Assembly: GCA_946628755.1 (NCBI GenBank)
Contig: CAMOWX010000001.1
Location: 1,469-65,468, forward strand
Direction of reading: 5' to 3'
DNA: 64,000 bases
Origin: an uncultured Clostridia bacterium
GTDB taxonomy: Bacteria > Bacillota > Clostridia > Saccharofermentanales > Saccharofermentanaceae
The position numbers and the translations under genes were made by a program. Below the pieces are notes generated by a model. The model was not told the origin of the DNA and ran no database searches. It saw nothing but the letters and a program-made list of their open reading frames with translations. Positions 19,091 through 29,357 of the stretch are shown here, one piece after another. The first letter of the stretch is position 1. Each line of letters begins with the position of its first letter.

Positions 19091-20428
19091 TCACTCCATA
19101 TCCTCAAAAGCATCGAGACCTCTCTTGACGCTTCCTCTGATATCGCCGTGTCTCACCTGTAACATTGTTACAAAGCTGGCAAATGCAAACACTGTGGCAT
19201 ATATGAACAGGATGCGGTAATTAAGGTTACGCATCAGGGTTCCGGCGAGAACGGGGGTTAACACCTGACCTGCCATTGATGCCGTGTAGTAATATCCGGT
19301 GAACTTGCCGCTGTCAGAACCTCGGCACATCTCTACTACCATCGGCAGGGAATTGATGCTGATGGCAGCCCATGCCACACCGACAAGCGCGAAGATAAAG
19401 TAAGTGAATATCCCTATGGAATCAAATAAAGTCGTCATGAAGAAGCACGCAAGGAAGCTTCCTGCGAGAAGAAGCGTTCCGAACAGGATAGACTTCTTGC
19501 GGCCGATCTTCGACTGAACGAATCCGAGCGGAATGTAGGATACTATGGCACCTGCCGAAGCTACCATGAAGCACGTTGATGCTCCTCCGATTCCTTCGCC
19601 CATGATCGCGCTGATATATGTGGTAAACCATGTTGTCACCGCATTATATGAGATATACCAGAGCATGATAGAGACCAGAAGGAAGATCATAGATCTGAGG
19701 ACAGGACGCGGGAGCTTTACTGCGCCATTTGATGTGGTCTCAGTTAGATCCCATTCGGGATGACGACGCTCAATATCGTTATTCTCTTCTGATAATTTCG
19801 GCTCGTTAACGGTGTAGAACATTACAATTGCCGATATTGCCATGATTATTGAAATGACGATGAATAAAGGTCTGTAGTTTACGTGATCAAGTCCTGCGGT
19901 CTTTGTCTTCGAATACATCAATGAAGCAAAGAGCAGGTACATGATGCCTCCGACGGCTCCCATAAGATTGATGACGGCGTTGCCTTTGGATCTGAGAGGC
20001 TTAGGCGTTATATCCGACATCAGCGCGACAGCGGGTGATCTCCAGACTGACATGATAAACAGGAGAATTCCGATACAGACGATAAAGCCGGATGCTGTGT
20101 ACAATATGCCTTCCTTGCCTTCGTAATATGCATTGTCGATTATGGGCAGGATGTTAAGGAACAGGATGCTTCCTGCAGTGCCCAGCAGGATGTAAGGCAT
20201 CCTCTTGCCGATCCTGGTCCTTGTCTTGTCCGACATCCTGCCGAAAAACGGCAGAAGGAAGAGAGCCAGTATATTATCCGCTGCCATGACCAGACCCGAA
20301 TAGGTCTCATTCATGTGGAATGTCCTTGTAAGGATAAGGGGTATGACATTATCATACATCTGCCAGAAGGCACAGATGCTCAGGAAAGCAAGCCCTGCAA
20401 GAAATGTCTGTCTGTAGTTAAGCCTCAT
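19091..20428 (-). CDS. MFS sugar transporter (maltose/maltodextrin-like)
   Basis: About 12 TM helices, GRMSDKTRTRIGKRMPY, SPAVALMSDITP; ATG at 20428 follows a TGnTACAAT box. Confidence 0.88.
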   Translation of the reverse strand: MRLNYRQTFLAGLAFLSICAFWQMYDNVIPLILTRTFHMNETYSGLVMAADNILALFLLPFFGRMSDKTRTRIGKRMPYILLGTAGSILFLNILPIIDNAYYEGKEGILYTASGFIVCIGILLFIMSVWRSPAVALMSDITPKPLRSKGNAVINLMGAVGGIMYLLFASLMYSKTKTAGLDHVNYRPLFIVISIIMAISAIVMFYTVNEPKLSEENNDIERRHPEWDLTETTSNGAVKLPRPVLRSMIFLLVSIMLWYISYNAVTTWFTTYISAIMGEGIGGASTCFMVASAGAIVSYIPLGFVQSKIGRKKSILFGTLLLAGSFLACFFMTTLFDSIGIFTYFIFALVGVAWAAISINSLPMVVEMCRGSDSGKFTGYYYTASMAGQVLTPVLAGTLMRNLNYRILFIYATVFAFASFVTMLQVRHGDIRGSVKRGLDAFEDME

Positions 20429-20543
20429 AAAATGATTGTAGCACAATTACCGAATTATCAGCGTTTTCTTAAATAAAATTATTATATAAAACGCTATGCA
20501 GTTGGTGTATAATACTTCGGTATTTTAAACTCGAGGTGATATT

Positions 20544-21626
20544 ATGCACAAGAAATTGTACATTCCGGGTCCTGTTGAAGTCAGACAGGATGTACTGGAT
20601 AAGATGGCCACACCGATGATCGGCCACAGAACAAAGGAAGCGTCTGATCTTCAGCAGTCCATTTCCGAGAAGATGCAGAAGGTAATGGGAACAAAGAACA
20701 GGATCGTTCTCTCAACTTCTTCAGGAAGCGGACTCATGGAGGGTGCGGTTCGATGTTTTACCGCTAAGAAGGCGGCTGTGTTCTCGATCGGTGCTTTCGG
20801 CGAGAGATGGTACAAGATGTGCACGGCTAACGGCGTTCCCGCCGATATATTCAGATCCGAACTCGGACAGATCACTACTCCTGAGATGATCGACGAGGTC
20901 CTTAAGACAGGTGAGTACGATCTTATCACGATCACACAGAACGAGACATCTACGGGTATCCACAATCCCATGGCAAGACTTGCCGAGGTTTATAAGAAGT
21001 ATCCGGATGTCATCGTATGCGTAGATACCGTATCTTCAATGGCAGGAGATTACATCCCCGTTGATGAGCTCGGCATTGATGTATGTATCACATCAACACA
21101 GAAGTGCCTCGGACTTCCTCCGGGAATGGCGATTGCATCAGTTACGGACAGAGCCATCGAGAAGGCGAAGACCATACCTAACAGAGGTCTGTATTTCGAT
21201 TATGTTGAGCTTGTCAAGTTCGTTGACGAGAAGCCTTATCAGTATCCTTCGACACCTTCCGAGTCACACATGTTCGCGCTTGATTATCAGCTCGACAGGA
21301 TCCTGGAAGAGGGTGTTAAGAACAGATGTGACAGACATGCTCATCTGGCAGAGATCGTAAGGAAGTGGGCAAGGGAGAACTGTGAACTCTATTCGGATCC
21401 GGATAACCTGTCCAATACGGTTACATGCATTACGAACACGACGGGTATTCCTTTCGCGGAGCTTAACAAGGCAATGCAGGCCAAGGGATATCTCATCAGC
21501 AACGGCTACGGCGCATTGAAAGACAAGACTTTCAGGATCGCACACATGGCCGACACAACAGAAGAAGAGATCAATGAACTGCTCAAGGTTCTCGGTGAGA
21601 CCATCGCGGAACTGAAGGCTAGATGA
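20544..21626 (+). CDS. Class V aminotransferase (alanine-glyoxylate/serine type), probably acting in serine synthesis
   Basis: IPGPVEV, NETSTG, VDTVSS, STQKCLGLPPG (PLP lysine), FRIAHM; directly upstream of serA. Confidence 0.88.
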   Translation: MHKKLYIPGPVEVRQDVLDKMATPMIGHRTKEASDLQQSISEKMQKVMGTKNRIVLSTSSGSGLMEGAVRCFTAKKAAVFSIGAFGERWYKMCTANGVPADIFRSELGQITTPEMIDEVLKTGEYDLITITQNETSTGIHNPMARLAEVYKKYPDVIVCVDTVSSMAGDYIPVDELGIDVCITSTQKCLGLPPGMAIASVTDRAIEKAKTIPNRGLYFDYVELVKFVDEKPYQYPSTPSESHMFALDYQLDRILEEGVKNRCDRHAHLAEIVRKWARENCELYSDPDNLSNTVTCITNTTGIPFAELNKAMQAKGYLISNGYGALKDKTFRIAHMADTTEEEINELLKVLGETIAELKAR

Positions 21627-21639
21627 GGGGGATTTTGCA

Positions 21640-23256
21640 ATGAAGATTCTTATTACAGAGAGTATCGCCGAAGAGTTTGTTACTGACCTGAGAAATCAGG
21701 GATTCGAGGTTGAAGAATACCTCGGTCATACGCAGGAGGAGATAGAGGGACACATCAAGGGATGTGATGCGCTCATCGTAAGATCCGCGACGAAGGTCAA
21801 CGAGGAACTGCTGAACAATGCAGATTGTCTCAAGGTCGTGGGACGTGCCGGTACGGGTATCGACAATATCAACGTTCCCGCATGTACTGAGCACGGCGTT
21901 ATCGCGCTCAATACTCCTACGGCAAACAACATGGCTGCAGGCGAGCTTGCAGTGGCTCATGCTTTCGCGATCTTCCGTAACCTTTGTGATGCCAACAACG
22001 GCGTTCACACGGGTGACTTCAGAAGAGGCAATTGGATCGGCGTCGAGCTCGAGGGCAAGACGGCAGGTGTTATCGGTCTCGGAAGGATCGGTTCCATCGT
22101 ATCCAGGAAGCTCAAGGGAATCGGCATGAACGTTGTTGCATACGACCCCTATGTACCTTCTGAGAAGTTCGAGAAGCTCGGTGTCACAAGATGTGAGACT
22201 CTTGACGATCTCCTCAAGGTCGTTGACCTCATTACAATGCATACGCCTAAGACAAAAGAGACATATAACATGATTGCCAAAGAGCAGCTTTATAAGTGCA
22301 AGAGAGGCGTCAGAATCGTTAATGCCGCAAGAGGCGGACTTGTCAACGAGCAGGATCTTGCAGATGCTCTGGCGGAAGGCCAGGTTGCTGCTGCAGCCAT
22401 CGACGTATTCGATGTGGAGCCTTCCTACAACAAGAAGCCGGGTGAGCAGGAATTCGATAACGTACTCATTCACGCACCTCACTGCTACATCACTCCTCAC
22501 CTTGGAGCATCGACTGTCGAGGCAACATATAACGTAGGTTCGCAGGTGGCAGACCTCGTGGCAAGAGCTCTCAAGGGCGAGATGGTCGCTGCACTGAACA
22601 TGCCTGCCATCGAGGGTGACATCAATGCCATCAGACCTTACTGCAACCTCGCAGAGAAGATGGGCAAGATGTATTATCAGACAGAGAAGTCTCCCGTCAA
22701 GAGGATGGAGATCTGCTATGCCGGCGGCATCGCTAACCAGAATATGGAGATCGTTACGATGAGCCTTCTTGTAGGCATACTGAAGGGTATGGGTGTCGAC
22801 AGCGTATCTTATGTTAACGTTAAGGAATGCGTTGAGGAGTTCGGAATCAAGGTAAGCGAGAAGTATGAGCAGGATGCCAAGAAATACAGCAATCTCGTTA
22901 CCGTTACATTCCACAACGACGACGGCAAGGATCTTGTTCTTGCAGGTACTGTATTTGAACCTGACACGGAAGTGCTCGTATCGTTTTACGGATATGAGAT
23001 GAACTGCATTCTGTCCAACACGGTTCTTGCGATCAAGAACGATGATGTTCCCGGTGTCATCGGCCGCATCGCCACGACACTCGGACGCCGCAATATCAAT
23101 ATTTCAAGCCTCCACTGGGGTCGTAAGGACACAGGTAAGGCGACTGCTTATGCTCAGGCTTTCGTTGCGGTTGAGCAGCCTGTTACGGACAAGATCATCA
23201 AGGAGATCGAGGCCTGCGAGGGCGTTCGCAAGGTATCTCTGATCGACTTCACATAA
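21640..23256 (+). CDS. serA: D-3-phosphoglycerate dehydrogenase with C-terminal ACT domain
   Basis: VRSATKV, RAGTGIDN, GLGRIG, NAARGGLV, TPHLGAST, NDDVPGVIG. Confidence 0.95.
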   Translation: MKILITESIAEEFVTDLRNQGFEVEEYLGHTQEEIEGHIKGCDALIVRSATKVNEELLNNADCLKVVGRAGTGIDNINVPACTEHGVIALNTPTANNMAAGELAVAHAFAIFRNLCDANNGVHTGDFRRGNWIGVELEGKTAGVIGLGRIGSIVSRKLKGIGMNVVAYDPYVPSEKFEKLGVTRCETLDDLLKVVDLITMHTPKTKETYNMIAKEQLYKCKRGVRIVNAARGGLVNEQDLADALAEGQVAAAAIDVFDVEPSYNKKPGEQEFDNVLIHAPHCYITPHLGASTVEATYNVGSQVADLVARALKGEMVAALNMPAIEGDINAIRPYCNLAEKMGKMYYQTEKSPVKRMEICYAGGIANQNMEIVTMSLLVGILKGMGVDSVSYVNVKECVEEFGIKVSEKYEQDAKKYSNLVTVTFHNDDGKDLVLAGTVFEPDTEVLVSFYGYEMNCILSNTVLAIKNDDVPGVIGRIATTLGRRNINISSLHWGRKDTGKATAYAQAFVAVEQPVTDKIIKEIEACEGVRKVSLIDFT

Positions 23257-23271
23257 TATCCGTCAGATATC

Positions 23272-24297
23272 ATGAAGTGCCACTACCGCGTAAGCAAAGG
23301 CTGGATGAGTGCCCCTTGCGGCATCTCGTTCTTCAAAGGTAAATATCATGTTTTCTATCAGCATAACCCTGACGCACCGCGTTGGGGTTATATGCATTGG
23401 GGGCACTGTGTAACGTCTGATTTTATAACCTATGAGGAGCTGCCCGTGGCATTGACGCCGTATGACGGCGGTTCATATCTCGGAGGATCATCGATAGTTG
23501 CCGGCGGCAGGTTATATCTGTTCTATACATCAGGCAATGAGGTGCTGTCTGCCGTGTCGGAGGACGGGATACATTTTGCCGATACCGAATTCGGGGCATT
23601 GACCGGCGACTGTGAGTACTTCATGGATCCGCACGTGATAAAGTACGGGGAACGGTACCTTATGCTCGTAGGGACCGGCCGTCACCACGTTGCCGGGATA
23701 TCATTGTACGAGTCATCTGATCTTGTGTCGTGGCACTTCGTATCGGAGATTCTGTCCGACCTCCGGTTCGGTTCTCACATAGAATCCCCGAATCTGTTTA
23801 AGGCCGATGATAAATGGTGTCTGATGTTCACTTCATCGAGACAGCTGCCGTCACGCAACATATGCTGTCTGGGACAGTTCGACGGTGTATCATTTGAGGC
23901 TGAAGGCGATTTCTTCTCACTTGAATCCGGCCCCGATCTCTATAATCCCTACGTGCTTCAGGAGTCCGGCCGCAACCTCATGCTGGGGTGGTACTACGAC
24001 CGCAAATCCGCCACCGGCATCTCGAAAGGGATGCTCACATGCCCCCGGGAGATCCGCCTCGATAAAGCCGGAAGACTTGTTATCGTGCCTTCATCCGAAC
24101 TGTATGATAACCGTCTCGTAAAAAATGAGAGCAGCTATGTCTCCTACGACAACGGCAGACTCCGTGTGGTATTCGAGAAGAGGACGATATTCGATAAGGC
24201 GTATGCAGCGCTTCCGGATATCGAGACGGTGGAAGAGGCGGAGTGCTGCGAAGCGTTCTTAAACGGCGGCGTGGATAATATAACCGTTGCATTCTGA
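23272..24297 (+). CDS. GH32 beta-propeller homologue with degenerate catalytic motifs
   Basis: YHVFYQHNP, HWGH, LFYT; WMNDPNG is replaced by WMSAPCG. Confidence 0.8.
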   Translation: MKCHYRVSKGWMSAPCGISFFKGKYHVFYQHNPDAPRWGYMHWGHCVTSDFITYEELPVALTPYDGGSYLGGSSIVAGGRLYLFYTSGNEVLSAVSEDGIHFADTEFGALTGDCEYFMDPHVIKYGERYLMLVGTGRHHVAGISLYESSDLVSWHFVSEILSDLRFGSHIESPNLFKADDKWCLMFTSSRQLPSRNICCLGQFDGVSFEAEGDFFSLESGPDLYNPYVLQESGRNLMLGWYYDRKSATGISKGMLTCPREIRLDKAGRLVIVPSSELYDNRLVKNESSYVSYDNGRLRVVFEKRTIFDKAYAALPDIETVEEAECCEAFLNGGVDNITVAF

Positions 24298-24317
24298 TTA
24301 TGGTGTATAATCATGAT

Positions 24318-26612
24318 ATGAAGACGAAGATAGCTTGTATTTTTCTTATTATAACTATTCTTGTTCAGCTCGCGGGCTGCGGTAAGACCGAGCCTTCATC
24401 GCAGGCTGCGGCAGATAACAACTGTGACATGAGTTCCGAAGATTATGTGTGCGGCAACGGGGATGTAGAGAATCTGTATTTTAAGTCTGCTGTATGCTCA
24501 ATCAAGGAAGATGGTCTGTCAAACTATCATGCAGCCTGCTTCAGGTCCGGAGACTGTCTTTGTGCGGTGTTGCCTTGTTTCAACGAAGAGACGTTTGATT
24601 CGACTGTTAAGGTGTATCTGATCGATTTTGACGGTAATATCAGATCTTCTTTTGAGCTGGAAGATGCGGGAATAACAGTTGATGCTAATGCCCCCAAATC
24701 TGCCGACTGGAACGGTGAGAGGATAATATGTGCAGGACATGAAGCGAATTATATGGTTCACGATTACAGCGGCAAGCTGATAGCCCGTGCGGGAGGCAAC
24801 GATCCTGAACTGGGAGAGACCAGAGCGCTTATCGGGTGGGGCGACACTTTCGTGATCGTTACGGATAAGGGAGCGATCAGGTATGACTGGAATTGCAAAG
24901 AGATCGGACGGATAGTATTCGGTTTTCAGGCGTTTGATTCATGGACTGATCCGGGCATTGTAGTGCAGCGGAACAAGGTGTATATGAGCGGCGTGGCAGG
25001 GATGGTATATGAACTTGATTTCGATGCGGGGCAAGCTGTGTATAAGGGTATTCTGAATAATGCGGAAGGACTGCCCAAAACTTATCAAGACTTTACGAGA
25101 TCAACTAACGAATGCTTTTCTATCTCCACATATTTTGATCCTTCATATTACTGGGAGGCAGACCTGGAGAACATGACTGTTCACAAGACGGCAAAAGCAT
25201 CCAATATCATGTTCAAACCGCCGAGATACGAGTGTGACTATCTTACAAACAATGTCCGTTATACTGATCCTCTGGATAAACTGCATTATGTTCATGTGTA
25301 TAATTATGACCCTGCGGATAACATGGATATTGATATTGAGATAATCTCCCCTGATAACGATTCAAATTATGCTTCAAGAGAGAAGATAACCTGCAGGGGG
25401 TTCGGTGTCTTTGAGGATAGTCTGATAAGGCGGGCACAATACATGTTCAACTCCTCTCAGGATCAGTATTATCTGGAACTGCAGGACTGGGGAGGCGGGT
25501 ATGACCTGTCAGTCCCTGATCAGGCAGACAAGTTCAGGCTGGAAGTGATGAGCGATATTCAGAACGGCAATGCGCCGGATATATTTTATGGCAATGACTT
25601 TGATTATCTCTATTGGGGAGATAACGGGACAGTGCTTGATATGAAGCCGTATCTGGAGGCTAACGGCGGGTTCGATGCAGATTCGATATCACCCAATATG
25701 TTAGACCTTATGACAGGTAATGACGGCGCCGTATACCAGGTTTTCCCCAAATACATTTTGTGGGGATACTGGGGACGGCAGAAAGACTACGGAGATATGG
25801 ATCTGTCTATTGAGACTCTGGCTTCGGGAAAGATACCTGACGGATATAATAAGCCGGTGGCATTAGAGCTCCTGTACGGAGCATTCTCAAACAACCTGCT
25901 CGATCTCTATCAGAAGGGTGAACTTACCGAAGAGAATGTCAGGATGGCTTTGGCCTTTGCGGTTGACCTAGGGACAGAACAGCAGTCTTACGGTGAGTAT
26001 GACAGGAAGGATATTGAGGACAACACTGACGCATCCTCATTTGTTGATGAGGAGGTCAGTTCCGTAAGTGATTACTACTATCTGTCCAGGACCCTGGGAG
26101 ACTATCCTGTCTATATCGGAGCTCCGTCGATTGGGTGTACTGTACGTACTGTAATGCCGGAATCGCTTGTTGCCGTGTATTCCGGGACCAAACATCCTGA
26201 GGCAGCCTGCAAGGTTGTATCATACCTTCTCGATACTGATTTTCAACGCGCAATTTCTATGTGCAATTATTCCGGAATACCTGTCAACAGGAATGTCCTT
26301 GATGAGCTGATAGGTTATATGGAGGATCCGGATTCTATACCCGACGACATTAGGCGGGATTATGGCCAAACATTATGCCTGGATACATATATCGACAACG
26401 GTAAGGAGAAGACCAGGATCGTTCCGCTGGATAAAGATGTTGCTGATTCATTCCTCAGGCAGACGGGAGCTTGTAATACGATATCCAAATATGACTGGGG
26501 GATAAAGTCAATCATATCAGAGGAGCTGGATTCATATTATTCCCAGGGCAAGAGCATTGATGAGGTCGCGAAGTCTTTGTGCTCGAGGCTGAAGCTTTAT
26601 ATAAGCGAATGA
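24318..26612 (+). CDS. Large lipoprotein with C-terminal extracellular solute-binding domain
   Basis: Lipobox LAGC; GNAPDI, DMKPYL, KHPEAA...YLL...FQ, GIPVNR. Confidence 0.78.
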   Translation: MKTKIACIFLIITILVQLAGCGKTEPSSQAAADNNCDMSSEDYVCGNGDVENLYFKSAVCSIKEDGLSNYHAACFRSGDCLCAVLPCFNEETFDSTVKVYLIDFDGNIRSSFELEDAGITVDANAPKSADWNGERIICAGHEANYMVHDYSGKLIARAGGNDPELGETRALIGWGDTFVIVTDKGAIRYDWNCKEIGRIVFGFQAFDSWTDPGIVVQRNKVYMSGVAGMVYELDFDAGQAVYKGILNNAEGLPKTYQDFTRSTNECFSISTYFDPSYYWEADLENMTVHKTAKASNIMFKPPRYECDYLTNNVRYTDPLDKLHYVHVYNYDPADNMDIDIEIISPDNDSNYASREKITCRGFGVFEDSLIRRAQYMFNSSQDQYYLELQDWGGGYDLSVPDQADKFRLEVMSDIQNGNAPDIFYGNDFDYLYWGDNGTVLDMKPYLEANGGFDADSISPNMLDLMTGNDGAVYQVFPKYILWGYWGRQKDYGDMDLSIETLASGKIPDGYNKPVALELLYGAFSNNLLDLYQKGELTEENVRMALAFAVDLGTEQQSYGEYDRKDIEDNTDASSFVDEEVSSVSDYYYLSRTLGDYPVYIGAPSIGCTVRTVMPESLVAVYSGTKHPEAACKVVSYLLDTDFQRAISMCNYSGIPVNRNVLDELIGYMEDPDSIPDDIRRDYGQTLCLDTYIDNGKEKTRIVPLDKDVADSFLRQTGACNTISKYDWGIKSIISEELDSYYSQGKSIDEVAKSLCSRLKLYISE

Positions 26613-26615
26613 CGG

Positions 26616-29357
26616 TCATTCACCGGGCTCTGTGAGTATTGCCGGATCGACCTTGAAGATATTGAGGTTCTCGGAGTTAAATACAACCTCACCGATCTCC
26701 ATCAGTGTATAAGTGTTGTCGTAATCATATAAGGCGTACTCGAGGTTGCCGAGGACGATGTATTCGATATTGTATTTCCTGATCATGCTCTTAATTGCAT
26801 CGAGGTCGTTGCTTGAGTAGATGATATCGACGTCGTTGTAGCGGGGTGTCAGGTAGATATCCCACACGTTGTAGTTGGGATCCGGTATGAGCAGGTCTTG
26901 CTCTTTGTCGACTATGCCGTGGAAACGCCAGAGCCACTCGTGGGTCTGCCAGCCAATTACAGTGGGCATTCCGGTGTAGGCGGAGACGATGTTGTAATCC
27001 GTGTAGCTGTCGCCATACGCTTCGAGTAAGACGTGGCTTCCCTGTACGTTCTCGTTCAGCCAGTTGATCGCCTGAAGATATGAGACAAGATTGCCATCGT
27101 AGTCGAGGTATGAATCTTCGCTGTTATATGTATTCAGGTAGTCTATACCGTCGAGTCCCTTGTAATTTGATTTGATCGACAGGTCGCCGCAGCGCTGCTC
27201 GAGACCGAGGATCATATAGTGGCCGGGGATGAGGATTATAAGACAGAAGGCCACGAGCCCGGATATGAGGGTGGATGTGGATCTTGTATTCTTTGAGGTG
27301 GTGATCCACAGCATTCTCATAGTTGCATATGATATTGCCAGACTTAGCATAATAAACGCTGCGAAGGTGAATTTGAACATGGTGTTCGCGCGCAGATATC
27401 CGCCGGTGTAAATATCTCTCACATAGAATACCTCGGGAGCTATGAGGAGCATGATGCCGACTACGATCATTCCGCAGACGAAGACGTCTACGATGTTGCG
27501 TCTGCCGATGAACTCGGCGATAGGATTGGTGAATCCCTCCGGCGGCGTGTCGAAAGTGGAAGGATTGCCGTCTTTGTCATCCTTTCGAGGTGCCCGGCGG
27601 GATCTGATCCTCTCAAGGTTGTAATTCTTGAACAGTATTGTGAACAGAATAAATGCCAGTGCGACGAGTATATGTGTGCCCCACAATATCGCAAGCTGGA
27701 ACGGCGAGGATGTGTGTGTCGTCTTGCCGAGCTTGTTCGAGATCATGTCGAAGTTTGCATTGAAGGGAAGAGCCACTATAAATGCTGCCGTGAACATGAA
27801 GCTCATGCCGAACGATGTTCTCGTAAGTGCGGACGGCTCGAAACACACGAGAAGATATGAGAATCCCAGGAGAAGCAGCTGAAGAAATACATGGAGGAAC
27901 GGCGAGCCGCTCGTCGTGACGTAGATGACAAGAATGCACGCGACGTTAATGGCGAAGCATATGAAAGATGATATGTCCGTGAAGACTTTGGAGCTTCGCG
28001 TGTTGACCAGCAGGAGCGTCATCGAACCGAATACAAAATAGATGAGGAAGTCCCAGAAATTAGTCTGCTGCGCTACTCCGAGAAGTATGGATATCGCCAC
28101 GAGTTCAAAGGTGATATTGCGCTTATATTCCGTCTTGAAGATCTCCAGTTTGACATTTTGTGCGATGCGTTTGGGAACGACATTTAATTCATAATGATCC
28201 GGGTGCTTTGTCCTCGTCAGCAAGGCAAGTGAGATGCCGATGATAAGGAGCACGACCATGACTGATATGACATGTGCGTGAAGGTCTGATACCAGGTACG
28301 AATAGAAAGGAAATTCCTCGATCGTATAATCGCCCTCGTCAATGAGGTTGCCGAGGCTGTCGAACACCTGTGAATCCGGATTGTGGCCGATGAATCTGGT
28401 GCTGTCCGGATAATAGAAACCGGTGGTCGATCCGACGTTCACGCCGTGGTCACCCAGGAAGTTAAGTATCTTGTTGCCGACCGAGCTGTTCTCATCGTAG
28501 AAGAAAGAGTGTGAATTGCCGAACAGCATTACGGTGAATCCGGCAAATATACCGGTTATATATCTGAAGACGGAACTCCAGAAGCCTTTGACATGGTTAC
28601 AGTTGTCTGCCATATGGTCGAACAGCATCGTGCCGATGGAGAAGCACATTGCGAAGGGAAGAGCGATGGCAGACACCATGGCGATGTTGTAGCCGATCTG
28701 AGGTGCAACGCCCGATCCCTTGATGACGAGGGACCACATGAACTGCCCGAAATAATAGTAATTAATGCTGTATCCTGACAGCCACATATCGCTTGCCGGA
28801 AGCTTAGGGTTCCTTAGCATGGACATTATGAAGCCGTAGTCCATGAACTTCTCCTGACCGTTGATCATGGGAGTGAATCCCTTGTAGTAGCAGAGGATGG
28901 TCAGAACCGTCATGAATACTGTCAGCTCGAGAGTGACTTTCTCAATGTAGAAGGGCTTGCTTATCTCCTTGATGAAGTTCTGCCTCAGCGGTTTGACATA
29001 GTAACAGATAAGGCCGATCACCAGCATTGCAAAATATACCAGGATCGTCGTAAACCTGTATATTTGGATGTAAGAGAAAGTCCACACAAAAAGGCTTACG
29101 GCAACGATGCCCAGCGTGGTCGTGAGTATGAAGCCGCAGCTGCCGGTGCCCCGGAAAAGATATGTTCCGACAGGCAGCACGACGATCGTGCAGAGGAAAA
29201 GGAACGCACCCCATATGAGCACTGACTTGACATCTTCGATCCCGAGCAACCACCAGCCGAGAAACAGTGTAATGATGAAGGGGAGCGTTAAGAGTATTGT
29301 CTTGACCGGAGCTTCAATGATGCTCTTCTCTGACAGAGTCTTATCATCTTTGCTCAT
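26616..29357 (-). CDS. DUF2298 (YYY-motif) polytopic membrane protein, GT-C-like
   Basis: EKFMDYGF, DMWLSG..INYYYFG, IEEFPFYS...DLHAH, RANTMFK, GWQTHEWLWR. Confidence 0.85.
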   Translation of the reverse strand: MSKDDKTLSEKSIIEAPVKTILLTLPFIITLFLGWWLLGIEDVKSVLIWGAFLFLCTIVVLPVGTYLFRGTGSCGFILTTTLGIVAVSLFVWTFSYIQIYRFTTILVYFAMLVIGLICYYVKPLRQNFIKEISKPFYIEKVTLELTVFMTVLTILCYYKGFTPMINGQEKFMDYGFIMSMLRNPKLPASDMWLSGYSINYYYFGQFMWSLVIKGSGVAPQIGYNIAMVSAIALPFAMCFSIGTMLFDHMADNCNHVKGFWSSVFRYITGIFAGFTVMLFGNSHSFFYDENSSVGNKILNFLGDHGVNVGSTTGFYYPDSTRFIGHNPDSQVFDSLGNLIDEGDYTIEEFPFYSYLVSDLHAHVISVMVVLLIIGISLALLTRTKHPDHYELNVVPKRIAQNVKLEIFKTEYKRNITFELVAISILLGVAQQTNFWDFLIYFVFGSMTLLLVNTRSSKVFTDISSFICFAINVACILVIYVTTSGSPFLHVFLQLLLLGFSYLLVCFEPSALTRTSFGMSFMFTAAFIVALPFNANFDMISNKLGKTTHTSSPFQLAILWGTHILVALAFILFTILFKNYNLERIRSRRAPRKDDKDGNPSTFDTPPEGFTNPIAEFIGRRNIVDVFVCGMIVVGIMLLIAPEVFYVRDIYTGGYLRANTMFKFTFAAFIMLSLAISYATMRMLWITTSKNTRSTSTLISGLVAFCLIILIPGHYMILGLEQRCGDLSIKSNYKGLDGIDYLNTYNSEDSYLDYDGNLVSYLQAINWLNENVQGSHVLLEAYGDSYTDYNIVSAYTGMPTVIGWQTHEWLWRFHGIVDKEQDLLIPDPNYNVWDIYLTPRYNDVDIIYSSNDLDAIKSMIRKYNIEYIVLGNLEYALYDYDNTYTLMEIGEVVFNSENLNIFKVDPAILTEPGE

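Noticed and set aside
21619-22914. 431-aa antisense ORF
   Set aside because: Shadow of serA; the same applies to antisense ORFs over metH, alaS and the coiled-coil gene.
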